Shown in pieces: positions 29,330-39,369 of a stretch of 64,000 nt of DNA. Where the stretch lies: the IMG/VR virus record IMGVR_UViG_3300035042_000139. The stretch is one strand, 5' to 3'. A program made the translations under genes and the position numbers. Source of the DNA: a virus. Its lineage: Duplodnaviria > Heunggongvirae > Uroviricota > Caudoviricetes. How positions within the stretch are numbered: position 1 is the stretch's first letter; each line of letters opens with the position of its first letter. Below the pieces are notes generated by a model. It did no database searches. It worked only from the letters and a program-made list of their open reading frames with translations, and was not told where the DNA came from.

Positions 29330-30844
29330 TTAACTCCCGGATACGATTCCTGCTTTGAGAGTTTTTACTTCATTGATAAGCTTTAACTCAACTTCTGTTT
29401 TGATATAGCTTGTTGTTGCATTTACTATCTTGAAGCTGTAATCATCAATCTTTCCCTCTATCACAAGGTTATCCAGAAGCTCTACTGATTTTGAGTAAAG
29501 CTTTGACTGTATATTAATGTTGCCCCTGCCGATGAAGACATCAGTTATTTCCTTCAGTCTTTTTTTCACTTCTTTAACCACTCTCACATTTTTTAGCGAC
29601 TTAAATTCTGTAGTCTCCGATAATGTAACAGCTTTGTAAGGGACAATACCATTCCTGATTGAGTTGTAGGCGAAAGTATAACCATCCTCTGTCAGCTTTT
29701 TAATTTCTAAGTTGCTAAACTCATCCTTTACTTCAACAACAATCTCTGAGTTTTTGTTTGTAGGACTTATGCTGCTTGGGAAGCTTCCAAGAATGCCTGT
29801 AAAAGCTTTCTCGTAACCTGTTTTATAGCTGCTTGAGTTGATACGGTATAAACAATCAGATGCTACTGCAACTACATTTTTGCCGTAGTTTCTTTTTTCG
29901 TTTAGCATTGCTTTAATATCAAGTATATTTTCTGACATAGCTAGGTAATCTTTGCTTGATTTTTTAATAACCCCAACCGAATTTGTAAGCTCTGCAATTT
30001 GAGCCAGCTTCTCTACAAAATATTTATACTCTGTGTTATCTGAGATATATTTTTGGTAGTCAAATTCAGCATAAACAAGACCTTCTCCATCTTTTTGAGT
30101 GTAGACATTAAAGGCTTCATTCTTACATCTTGCTACATAAACAGCCTCCTCATCACCGTAGAAGAACTCTTTGGCCTTCTTTTCTGTTAGAACACTGTTT
30201 TTAATATCAACATTGATGTTTTTATTAAGGGTTATACTATTTTCTATTCTTCCGTTTAAAAACTTCAAAATTTCAAACTCAATCTCTAGATTCTTTATAC
30301 AGTTGTAATCTATAGTTATGGTGTCTCCTCTATCTAAATCAAAGTCCTCTCTGCTTAAAATAACAGCATCAAAGTTACCATTTACTCCGCTATCTCTTAA
30401 AGAGTAAAACTTTGTTTTTTCTCCTTTTACTTTGACGTAGTTGATTGACTCCATTATTCTCTCTGTTTCAAACATCAGGTCTCCGTTGTAGGAAAATTCC
30501 TCTTTGTAATTAAAGATGTTTGGATATTCAACTATCTTATCAGTAAGCGATATTCCAAGAGGCAGGATGACATCTACATCTCCCATGCTCTCTAAAACAA
30601 AGTATGCATTTATTAAATCGTAGTATCTTTCGTATTCGTTTTCGGGGTCTATTCTGATTAAGTAGATATACTCAGTGCCGGCATTTATAATCTCTCTGGC
30701 AGATTCTACAAGCTCTCCACCACCAAAAATATCGTATGCATCCTCTATTGATTCTATAAATACAGGCTCAAGAATCTCTCCTTTTTGAGACTCTCCAATC
30801 AAAACAACCGAGCGACTGTAGTAGTTTCTGTAATTTTTAGCCAT
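29330..30844 (-). CDS. Second, divergent tail sheath-like protein
   Basis: VVLIGESQKGEILEP...FGGGEL N-terminus and KAVTLS...NVRVVKEVK...FIG C-terminus parallel the main sheath. Confidence 0.65.
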   Translation of the reverse strand: MAKNYRNYYSRSVVLIGESQKGEILEPVFIESIEDAYDIFGGGELVESAREIINAGTEYIYLIRIDPENEYERYYDLINAYFVLESMGDVDVILPLGISLTDKIVEYPNIFNYKEEFSYNGDLMFETERIMESINYVKVKGEKTKFYSLRDSGVNGNFDAVILSREDFDLDRGDTITIDYNCIKNLEIEFEILKFLNGRIENSITLNKNINVDIKNSVLTEKKAKEFFYGDEEAVYVARCKNEAFNVYTQKDGEGLVYAEFDYQKYISDNTEYKYFVEKLAQIAELTNSVGVIKKSSKDYLAMSENILDIKAMLNEKRNYGKNVVAVASDCLYRINSSSYKTGYEKAFTGILGSFPSSISPTNKNSEIVVEVKDEFSNLEIKKLTEDGYTFAYNSIRNGIVPYKAVTLSETTEFKSLKNVRVVKEVKKRLKEITDVFIGRGNINIQSKLYSKSVELLDNLVIEGKIDDYSFKIVNATTSYIKTEVELKLINEVKTLKAGIVSGS

Positions 30845-30847
30845 TTA

Positions 30848-31360
30848 TTACACCTTCCCTAAATCTTTTGAAGTTATATTTCTTAGGGCTTTTTGCATTA
30901 CGTCCTGTTCTATAAGGACTTTATTGGCTATAAATGACTTGAATGCAGCTGTTCCTCCATCACCCTCATTAAGTTTGTCATTTTTGATAAAATATAATGG
31001 ATACTTATCTCTACCTTCACTGTTCATGAACTCTATAATGAAGTCATAAGAACTTACGTCACATTCTGTTTTAAAATAATATTTAAAATTTAAAGTGCTT
31101 ATATCAAACGGAAGCCTAAAATCTATCTTGTCATTTGATGCTGATATACCTGTTGAGCCCTGGCTTCTTCTTGCCTTTGTCAAAAACCAGTCATACTTCC
31201 AGCCGGTACCAAAACATTTATGACATTTAGGGTCTGCATTTTCTCCATCAAAGCAGGTGCAGTGGTTTTTTCTTTTAGTATGCCCTACAAGTCTTAGAGT
31301 TCCGTGCTTTTCTGAAAATCTGTCAAATTCATTTTTTGTAAAGCTCAAATTAACCACCAC
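30848..31360 (-). CDS. Head closure/neck protein with Zn-binding motif
   Basis: HCTC...KCHKCFGTGW; position after the connector gene. Confidence 0.5.
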   Translation of the reverse strand: MVVNLSFTKNEFDRFSEKHGTLRLVGHTKRKNHCTCFDGENADPKCHKCFGTGWKYDWFLTKARRSQGSTGISASNDKIDFRLPFDISTLNFKYYFKTECDVSSYDFIIEFMNSEGRDKYPLYFIKNDKLNEGDGGTAAFKSFIANKVLIEQDVMQKALRNITSKDLGKV

Positions 31361-33076
31361 CTAGAAAGTTCTATCGCTTAGAGAATATGTGCCTTCTGAT
31401 TTTGTTACACTTAGAGGACTGGCAAAACTGCTTTCATTTCCTCTTAAGACACCTTCCCAGTAGTCTATCTGCTCTCTTAATTCATCAAGTATTGGACTTA
31501 TCTCCTCAAACTTAAAGGCATCAACTGAAAAGTCTCCAAGTGTTGTTGACTTTGTACTTGTTTTTTGGAGATACAAAGCATACAAGAGGTCAAGCTCGGA
31601 CTTTAATGTCGTATATTTAACTGCCTCAAAAGAGGGTTTATCAATATCTATTTCGTTCCCACTTGATTCTGCTATATCAATAGCAAGCACTGAGTTATCA
31701 TAAATGCTGTAGAGTACAATTTCATCATTTATATCTTTTAAAAAGGACCCGACATTACTGTTTTTTATAATCTTTATGGTTGTAAGTGCAGGGCTTATTT
31801 TAGATATCAATTTAAATGTTTGTTCATTACCTAAAGCATTTACTTTTAGTGTGTATTCATTATTCTCAAAAAGTTCTGGCACTGAATAACTCAAACTTAG
31901 ATAATTATCTTCTCTGCTTAAGAGGCTTAAAGTGCCTGAAACTTCTCCATGTCCTTCTATATATGGAATGTCATTTATAGCAAGACCATCAAGCTCAACT
32001 GAAATATCTTCAATACTTTCTGCACCATAAACCTTAAATTTTATTTCACTTATGTCGGTCTTTACATTTACAAGGCTTTTAGGTGATACTATCTCTACGT
32101 CTCCAACTGACATACCTTCGAGAGAGCTTAGTATGGAATTTTTAAAATCTTCCTCTATTTTTTTCTCGTAATAGAATGAAACTGTCTCAGACCAGCTGCT
32201 GTTGTCTTTTTTAATTCCATAATCCATATCAACCAGAACTGACTCTAGCTTTATATTGCCTGCATCTATCAGGATGCTTTCCATCTGTGGGCCTATTTCG
32301 AAATTTTCAGGCTTTAGATTATAAGCATTGTTTAGCTCATCAAATGCTGTGACCGAATTGATTGTTTCTACAGGTGTGTACTTATCATCTATTACAACTT
32401 TTCTTTTTGTATCCTCGTAATAGTAGATATCACCTTTTTCTATTTCAGTCTCTATATTTGCCGTATCATAGATTACATCAAGCGCTCTAACTCTTAGGAA
32501 ATACTCTTTATCGAATTCAAGATTCTTAGGAGTTATGCCAACTTTATCTTTGTCTGAATCAATAACTATCTGGTAGTCATTAATAAAATTATTTGAATAG
32601 ACAAGTCTTTTGAAGTTAGGGTCTTCGGCAATCTCTACTCCATAAGCTTCAGCAAGGTCTGTTTTTTCCCAGACTACATCGGTATTATTTATTATGGACT
32701 GATTTAAGGGCTTTATAATTTCTGGAGATTTTAAAATATCCAGGTCGTTTGTTTTAAATTCAAAGAACTTATCTTTTTCTAAACTCTCACCTGAAATATT
32801 TTGTATCTCAGAATCAAGCTTTAAAGTGTACTCTTCGCCAGAAATTAATCTATTATCCGGACTTACTGTAAGCATTCTCTTTTCGCTATCATAATCAAGA
32901 TTTACCTTAAGATAATCTAAAGAGCTTGAGAATATTACAGTCCTTTGGTTTAAAGTTGCCCTATCGACATCGTCAGAGAAAATTATCTTTATATCAGTGC
33001 CTACATCAACATTTTGAGCTTTGTTTTCTGGTTCAATACTCTCTACAAATAGTGTCGAATAGGCTAGATTTGGCAT
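31361..33076 (-). CDS. Ig-like (Big_5/FN3-like) virion protein with C-terminal head-tail connector-like domain
   Basis: VESIEPEN...IKIIFSDDVDRATL...LTVSPDNRLISGEEYTLKL; C-terminal TTLGDFSV...LREQIDYWE. Confidence 0.55.
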   Translation of the reverse strand: MPNLAYSTLFVESIEPENKAQNVDVGTDIKIIFSDDVDRATLNQRTVIFSSSLDYLKVNLDYDSEKRMLTVSPDNRLISGEEYTLKLDSEIQNISGESLEKDKFFEFKTNDLDILKSPEIIKPLNQSIINNTDVVWEKTDLAEAYGVEIAEDPNFKRLVYSNNFINDYQIVIDSDKDKVGITPKNLEFDKEYFLRVRALDVIYDTANIETEIEKGDIYYYEDTKRKVVIDDKYTPVETINSVTAFDELNNAYNLKPENFEIGPQMESILIDAGNIKLESVLVDMDYGIKKDNSSWSETVSFYYEKKIEEDFKNSILSSLEGMSVGDVEIVSPKSLVNVKTDISEIKFKVYGAESIEDISVELDGLAINDIPYIEGHGEVSGTLSLLSREDNYLSLSYSVPELFENNEYTLKVNALGNEQTFKLISKISPALTTIKIIKNSNVGSFLKDINDEIVLYSIYDNSVLAIDIAESSGNEIDIDKPSFEAVKYTTLKSELDLLYALYLQKTSTKSTTLGDFSVDAFKFEEISPILDELREQIDYWEGVLRGNESSFASPLSVTKSEGTYSLSDRTF

Positions 33077-33084
33077 TTAACCAC

Positions 33085-33498
33085 CTACTCTTCGTCTTTT
33101 TTATGTGTTCCGCAGTATTTTGGGTCCTCTTCAGGGTATTTAGCAGCGTTTTTGCACTGGCTTCCAGAGCCTGTAATCTCCTGACATCTAGGGTCACCAT
33201 CGTCAGTAAACTCTTCTAAAGCCAACTCTTCTTCCTGCAAAACTTCTTCTGTTTCTTCCTTCACAGGTTCTTCAGTTACTTCCTGTTTAACTTCATTTGT
33301 TTCTTCCTGCACTACTTCTTCTGCATCTACTTCAGTTTTTTTAAGTACATTTACATTTATAGCAAACTCAATATTTTCCATATCAAGTCTTTCAAGCTCT
33401 TCATCGCTAAAAGTTCTTGTCTTTTTGCTGAGCTTTAAGCTTGTATTTGTCTTTGGGTCAAAATAAGATGTTCCTTTATTTAAAGTTACTTTATACAT
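33085..33498 (-). CDS. Small capsid-adjacent protein with acidic linker and C-x3-T-x2-G-x2-C motif
   Basis: RCQEITGSGSQCKN...YCGTH. Confidence 0.55.
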   Translation of the reverse strand: MYKVTLNKGTSYFDPKTNTSLKLSKKTRTFSDEELERLDMENIEFAINVNVLKKTEVDAEEVVQEETNEVKQEVTEEPVKEETEEVLQEEELALEEFTDDGDPRCQEITGSGSQCKNAAKYPEEDPKYCGTHKKDEE

Positions 33499-33519
33499 TT
33501 TTTACCCCCCGTAAATTTG

Positions 33520-33555
33520 ATAAAATAATAGGGGCTTAAGTTAAAAGCCCCTATT
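33520..33555 (-). terminator. Terminator after the major capsid gene
   Basis: 11-bp inverted repeat AATAGGGGCTT/AAGCCCCTATT with adjacent T-rich tail. Confidence 0.65.
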
Positions 33556-33571
33556 TAGTTGTTATTTATTT

Positions 33572-34696
33572 CTAGTTCTGAGTTACATCTAAAGTACGAA
33601 CAAGCTGTGGCTTTTCGTAAGTTGTATCAAGAGCAATATTCTTAGCTACACTAATAGCTTTACCCTCGTCCAGAATTCCTAATCCATAACGCTCTTTGAA
33701 CTTTAAGTTATAGATATCTTTATATGGGTCAGTAAACTGGTCAGTTGTCATATCTTCACGCTGTACGATTACACCAACATTGTTTCTGTCGATTGCGTAC
33801 ATATCGAAAGTTTTGTCCACCTGGTTGAAAGGAATAAATGGTGAAGCAGTAATATTTAAACTGAAAGGTAATCTACCCTTAGTTGCATCTCTATCGATAG
33901 TACCAATACTAGCGTCTCCACCTAAAGCAGGCTTACTGAATAAATCGATAAGACCATTCTTAGCAAAAACACCCCATGTCAGCGGATGTACTAAAATATC
34001 AGTTGGCATATACTCGTTGTTCATTAGAGCAAGAACGATATCGAACATATCCTCTGTGCTTAATGTATTGTTTAGATTACCATACTCATCTAAACCAGTA
34101 GTTCCAGCTTCAGGATACTTTTCTCTTCTATCGTTGTCGAAAGTTGTCCATCCGTGCTTGGTCATAGCCTTAAAGATTAACTCTTCTTTAAGTCTGGCTA
34201 GTGCACGTCCAGCTGCCTCAACGTGAAGTCCGATAACTTCCCACTGAGAATCGTCAATCATTTCTTCGGTGATTCCTACCATTACACCTTTCTTTGTAAC
34301 AGTAACCTCAGTAGCACGCTCTTTGAGCATGATGTCTAAAGATTCCTGTCTGTAGGATTCACCTTCACCCATTTCGTGAGCTCTTAAAGCTCCGATTGCA
34401 GGAAATACGATTCTGTTTCCACTATCAAGGTTAATCTTTTTGAAGAACTTAGAACCGATATAGAGTGGCTCTGCAGCCTTTTCCATTGTTCCTTCCATTA
34501 CTTTTGTCATTAAAACAGCAGCATCAGAAGTAGATAGTGCTTCTTTAACACCCTTTGGGCTTTCGCCTAAGTCAAAATTACTCATGTCACCTTCACTCAT
34601 TAAAGGTGTATATTTTTTTACAAATTCAATGGCTTTTTTCGCTTTTTTGGAATCTGCCTTAGCGCAGAATTCACGGAAATTATTTGTTTTTCCCAT
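33572..34696 (-). CDS. Major capsid protein (HK97 fold)
   Basis: 374 aa; KKGVMVGITEEMIDDSQWEV...AGRALARLKEE; strong codon bias; follows the protease and decoration genes. Confidence 0.88.
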   Translation of the reverse strand: MGKTNNFREFCAKADSKKAKKAIEFVKKYTPLMSEGDMSNFDLGESPKGVKEALSTSDAAVLMTKVMEGTMEKAAEPLYIGSKFFKKINLDSGNRIVFPAIGALRAHEMGEGESYRQESLDIMLKERATEVTVTKKGVMVGITEEMIDDSQWEVIGLHVEAAGRALARLKEELIFKAMTKHGWTTFDNDRREKYPEAGTTGLDEYGNLNNTLSTEDMFDIVLALMNNEYMPTDILVHPLTWGVFAKNGLIDLFSKPALGGDASIGTIDRDATKGRLPFSLNITASPFIPFNQVDKTFDMYAIDRNNVGVIVQREDMTTDQFTDPYKDIYNLKFKERYGLGILDEGKAISVAKNIALDTTYEKPQLVRTLDVTQN

Positions 34697-34765
34697 TATT
34701 TTTGTTCCTCCTTAAAATTTTTGTAAGAGCCTCCGTTTTTCAGAAGGCTCAATATTTTTTATTTA

Positions 34766-36118
34766 TTAAAGCTGTAGTAAAATGTCTGCGTCTCCATATA
34801 CTCCAGAGAAATCATACTGACTTGGTAGACCTGCAAGCTGCTGTTTAGCAGAGAAGTCAACTGTTACTTCAACAGTTTCTCCAGCTGCTGTAGCGTTAGC
34901 TGCATCAAGTTTAATCATAATTAAACCAGCATCAGCATCAATGTGCTCAACTACATCTGCAGTAACATCTACACCGTCGAATTTAACTACTACTGTTTCT
35001 CTTAAAATAGGAGTTTCAGTAGGTAGCACACGGAAGTTAAAGCTTTCGCCCTCTGCCATGTTTTCAGGGATTGTTCCTAGAGGCTTGTCAGCATAAGGAA
35101 CTGTGATGTTATAACCATCTGTTAGACCAGGGATTCCTGTAGGAGCCATAGTCTTGTCGTCGAAACCTTCAAAGTACTGAGGGTCATAAGGATGGCCGTC
35201 AGCAGATAAATCTTCTGGACGATATCCGGAAGCATCTACATATTTACCTTCTGGCATAACCCAGTTTAACCAGCCAGCATAGTTAACCATACCGTCATTT
35301 ACATGAGCGTTTAGGTTCTGTACCTGTCCAACAATCTGCTCAGCGTTGGATAATACGGAGCGGTAAGTTACTTCAACTTCAGTATCAGTAGCGTCAACAG
35401 TAACTTGACCAGCTTTGTGGTCTACTGCTGTAACTGTAACTGCTGTACCGTCAGCTGTTGTAACAACTGCAAAATCTTCTGCAGCTTCTCCAGGGAAAAT
35501 TGCAACATCTAAGTCAACAATACCTGAAGCGTCAGAAGTTTTTACTTCAGTTTTTAATTTACCTTCTTTCCATTTAACAAAACGGCCATTCTCATCAGCC
35601 ATAACTTTATCTCCTGGCTTCAATGGACCGTAAACACTACCCCACTCTGTCTTTTCAGCATCTGCTTTAAGAGCAAAGTATGGTAAGTTAATATTGCTTC
35701 TTGTGTAGTAAACTGGAACATTACCTCTAAAGCTGTCATCGATATCCTCATATACGTTAACTGTGGACACACCTGCAGGTTTATTGGCTGCTCTTACATA
35801 GTCTTCTCCATCAGGATTAGCTTCTGTTACTTTTTTACCACCGTTAGCTAATGTAGCCACGTTGTAGTACATTTCATCGTCAAATGACTTTCTTTCAAAG
35901 TCAGGGTCAATCGCTACGATACGACCTTTAGGAATAACTACCCAGCCGTTCTGCCCACCGAAGTGGAACTTGAATTTCTTTTCTAGTCTTGGGTCAACTG
36001 CCTTTCTTCCAGAAGGAGCATCCCCCTCATCCTTGATTAAATTAGTCTGAGTTCTGTTATACTCGTCTGCGTTACTTTCAATAATGGAAGGTTCAGGATT
36101 CATGTTATATAATGCCAT
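34766..36118 (-). CDS. Capsid decoration/auxiliary protein with inserted beta modules
   Basis: Between protease and MCP; VVIPKGRIVA...LKPGDKVMADENGRFVKW. Confidence 0.55.
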   Translation of the reverse strand: MALYNMNPEPSIIESNADEYNRTQTNLIKDEGDAPSGRKAVDPRLEKKFKFHFGGQNGWVVIPKGRIVAIDPDFERKSFDDEMYYNVATLANGGKKVTEANPDGEDYVRAANKPAGVSTVNVYEDIDDSFRGNVPVYYTRSNINLPYFALKADAEKTEWGSVYGPLKPGDKVMADENGRFVKWKEGKLKTEVKTSDASGIVDLDVAIFPGEAAEDFAVVTTADGTAVTVTAVDHKAGQVTVDATDTEVEVTYRSVLSNAEQIVGQVQNLNAHVNDGMVNYAGWLNWVMPEGKYVDASGYRPEDLSADGHPYDPQYFEGFDDKTMAPTGIPGLTDGYNITVPYADKPLGTIPENMAEGESFNFRVLPTETPILRETVVVKFDGVDVTADVVEHIDADAGLIMIKLDAANATAAGETVEVTVDFSAKQQLAGLPSQYDFSGVYGDADILLQL

Positions 36119-36162
36119 TATTAAATTTCCTCCTTGCTTTCTTTTAGTATTTTTTTAAATTA

Positions 36163-37404
36163 TTATAAGTTTTTTAGCTCTTCGTTAATATCGAACTTAT
36201 CGTCTAAATCTTCGTCTTCTTCAACAGTCTCTACATTCTCTTCACCCTCAGCATTGTGTAGGCCTTCTTTGTCAGTTGGCTCGCCGGGTTCTGTAATTTC
36301 TGTTTCTCCTTCAGACTCTTCAGCAAGCATTTCAGCTTCTTTTTCTAAGTCTTTTAGAGTATCTTTTAAAGACTCTTCTTTTCTGCCTACATGCTCCTTA
36401 ATAGCATCTTCAAGCTCTTCTTCTTTTAGCTTATTCATACCGATTTTTTTCTGAACAACTTTCTCAGCTAAAATCTTATGCTGTTTGTCTTTCAACTCAG
36501 CATTTTCAGCAGTAAGGTCGTCAAGTTCATTTTCTAGATTTGTAAGCTTAATCTCAAGATTACTATTTTTCTCCGATAAAGTTTTGCTTTCTTCTAAGGC
36601 TGCATCTCTTTCACTTTCGATGTTTTCAACCTGTTTTTCTAAAAGAGTTACTCTTTCTTCTTTAGTTTTATATGACTCATTTAGTTTGTCATATTTAGAC
36701 TGTAATTCTTTTAAATCCATTTCTTTACCTCCTTGCATATTTTCTTCAACAGCTTTCCCATTTGTTGTTATATAAAATTCTTCTGTTGTTTTTGCACCCT
36801 GTGATTCATCGACATCTATTATTTTTGCGTAGCTGTCTGCCGGCACATTAACAAATGAAACTTCAACAAAAGTTAAATCAGCCATTTCAAGTGTTGCTGT
36901 CTTTCCATCATATTCATAACCTGGCCAGTGTTCACATCTTCCTTCTTCCAACCAGTCATTACCACATATACTGCAGTATGCATGTTCTGCACTGCCACCA
37001 ATGGATACAGTAACATATCTTCCATCTTTGACCTTTTCTATAGCGTCTTTATCTGTTATCTCAACAGTTAAGACTATAACAGGTGGTCCAGCCTGTGAAC
37101 TTTCTTGATATTTAGCTTCTATTACTCTACCAATTGGCTCTCCATTGTATGAGTTGTGATGTGTTAATACTGGCTTATTGTAAGGGTGTGTCCAGGAAAA
37201 TGCACCAGTTCTCTTGGTTACATCTCCTCTAAGCTCCTTTGCAGGATAAGTATTGTAATTTCCTGTAGTTATTGCATGTATTGCTTCGATTTTTACTGTA
37301 AGCTTATCCTCTTTGTCGTTTAAAAAAGACTCTTTGACTTTTGGATTTTTTAAATCTTTTGACTCGTTTATCTTGAAGTTTTCCTTAAATTCAAGCCTCT
37401 TCAC
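36163..37404 (-). CDS. Prohead protease fused to coiled-coil scaffold
   Basis: KPVLTHH...PIGRV...TVSIG...CSICG...EVSFVNVPAD, then an acidic coiled coil. Confidence 0.8.
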   Translation of the reverse strand: MKRLEFKENFKINESKDLKNPKVKESFLNDKEDKLTVKIEAIHAITTGNYNTYPAKELRGDVTKRTGAFSWTHPYNKPVLTHHNSYNGEPIGRVIEAKYQESSQAGPPVIVLTVEITDKDAIEKVKDGRYVTVSIGGSAEHAYCSICGNDWLEEGRCEHWPGYEYDGKTATLEMADLTFVEVSFVNVPADSYAKIIDVDESQGAKTTEEFYITTNGKAVEENMQGGKEMDLKELQSKYDKLNESYKTKEERVTLLEKQVENIESERDAALEESKTLSEKNSNLEIKLTNLENELDDLTAENAELKDKQHKILAEKVVQKKIGMNKLKEEELEDAIKEHVGRKEESLKDTLKDLEKEAEMLAEESEGETEITEPGEPTDKEGLHNAEGEENVETVEEDEDLDDKFDINEELKNL

Positions 37405-39337
37405 TAGCTTCCCCCCTTTCTTTGAGGGGTTTTATATTTTCAATTCTATATTGTGGTACCGTATTTAGCATATTTTCATCTACATCTAATTCTATGTTTT
37501 CGCCTTTTTTGAAGCTTATATCTAATTTTTCATTACTTCCTTTAAAGGCTTCTATAGCTCCTGTGTTGTAGGCTTCATTGTTTTGGATATTAAAGCCTTT
37601 GCTGAATTCACTTTCGAAAGATTTAAGGAATATTTTCTTATCTCCCTCATCTAAATTTCTTAGCTTCTCTATGAACTCATTCTTTAAGGAGTTTAGTTTA
37701 ACTTCGACAGCTTCTACAAGTTCTTGCAGGTTTTTACTTTCTTCAAAGTCAAAGTCTGAATACTCTTCAAAACCAGAGCTGAAAGATTTTCTGACACTGT
37801 TTCTCACATAAAATAGCGACTTCTGGAAAAACTGTTCTGTTATTGACTCAAGGGCATCAAGCTCCTCGGCTTCAATAAACTTTTCTTTAAAGTCGATATA
37901 TAGTCGCTTTATTCTACTCTCGTATGGATAATAAATGTCTACCTTATTTTCAGATTCAGCATTTGAGTGCTGATTTTGTGGCTGATTTTTATTATCTGTA
38001 TCTGCCTGATTTTCTACATCGTTAAACATGTTAGACTGCAGTCTAGATTCATCAGCAACAGGTTCTTTGCCAAGAGCTTTTCTCATTTCTTCATGAGTCC
38101 AGGCGTTGTGCTCAAACATGTATACCGCATGGTTTTGAGTTTTGATTTTTAAGTCTGCATCTATTTCTTCAAACTCAAAATCTACATCATGGTCAGGATT
38201 TAAAAGCGGGTCATATCCACCTTCTAAAAGTAATTCCCTAATAATAAAGTGATTTACATAGTCCTCTATTACTGTCTGGAAAGCACGAACTCTATCTCTC
38301 ATCTCTGAAGACTGATTTTCGGCTGTTGAGCGGTTTGAAGTGTCTGCCCTTCCCATTAGGGTCTGGCTTACTCCAAGCCCTGTAAATACCCGCTTTTCGT
38401 AGTATTCAAGGTACTTTTCTGCCGGAATGCTTCCGTTTGTGTTTAGAAGTTCAACATTATGCCTTTCTGGTAGAACAAGCCCACCATCAATCGGCATATT
38501 TCGTATTTCCTGCTGCATCTTTTGTATCTCTTCATCTGTTGATTCATAGCCTGCCTTATCAAGACCTACTTTGTAAATAAATAAAGGATACAAAAATCGG
38601 TATAAAAGTCGAGCAACATTATCCTCTACCTGCCTTAAAAGTTTTACATCATCTATAACAGGTACTAAAAACGGTACCCCGAAAAACTTTCCTGCCGGCT
38701 TCTTATACGGGATGTGAATTACATCCATCGGATTAAACTCAACCTGCTCTTCTCCATTATCCTGCTGGTATTTTTTTATTGTTCCATTTATATCTACTTT
38801 TATCTTCATTGTTTCTGCAGGAAGTATAAAGTATGCTCCAACAGGTTTTTTCTTGCCGAGCCCTTTGTATGTTAACCCATTAACCTTCGGCATTTTCGAA
38901 GGGTCCATCCTCTTTTTAACAATAAAAACATTGTGATGTTTTACTAATGAATCAGCTATATCCTTCCAGAACTGGTTCATAGGAAGTCCCATCATGTCAG
39001 ATAAAATTGAAAATCTTTTATTGATATAATCTTTAACATTTTCATCCTTACCGACAAAGTGAAAACCTGCTTTAAACATCAATTCTATGTGCTTATCAAT
39101 AGCCTGTCTTACATAAGAATCTGTGTTGTAAGCCCTGTTTATTTCTTCTAAGTCAAAGTCAGGGCCACTAAACTCATCAGCTCTTGCATCTCCGTCAAAC
39201 ATCGCATAGCCTATCTTTTTTATAGCTCGGGCAAATGGGTTTTCATCATCAGCTGCTTGCTTAAAGTATTTTACCGGATGTTTGACAAATTCTTTAACTT
39301 TATCAAAAAATGATTTTTTTATTTTTTTTCTTCTCAC
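37391..39337 (-). CDS. Portal protein with C-terminal helical extension
   Basis: VRQAIDKHIELMFK...DVIHIPY...FGVPFL...VFTGLGVS...TSNRSTA. Confidence 0.85.
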   Translation of the reverse strand: MRRKKIKKSFFDKVKEFVKHPVKYFKQAADDENPFARAIKKIGYAMFDGDARADEFSGPDFDLEEINRAYNTDSYVRQAIDKHIELMFKAGFHFVGKDENVKDYINKRFSILSDMMGLPMNQFWKDIADSLVKHHNVFIVKKRMDPSKMPKVNGLTYKGLGKKKPVGAYFILPAETMKIKVDINGTIKKYQQDNGEEQVEFNPMDVIHIPYKKPAGKFFGVPFLVPVIDDVKLLRQVEDNVARLLYRFLYPLFIYKVGLDKAGYESTDEEIQKMQQEIRNMPIDGGLVLPERHNVELLNTNGSIPAEKYLEYYEKRVFTGLGVSQTLMGRADTSNRSTAENQSSEMRDRVRAFQTVIEDYVNHFIIRELLLEGGYDPLLNPDHDVDFEFEEIDADLKIKTQNHAVYMFEHNAWTHEEMRKALGKEPVADESRLQSNMFNDVENQADTDNKNQPQNQHSNAESENKVDIYYPYESRIKRLYIDFKEKFIEAEELDALESITEQFFQKSLFYVRNSVRKSFSSGFEEYSDFDFEESKNLQELVEAVEVKLNSLKNEFIEKLRNLDEGDKKIFLKSFESEFSKGFNIQNNEAYNTGAIEAFKGSNEKLDISFKKGENIELDVDENMLNTVPQYRIENIKPLKERGEASEEA

Positions 39338-39369
39338 ATTTATTTCACCACCTGCCTCGTAAAAGATAT

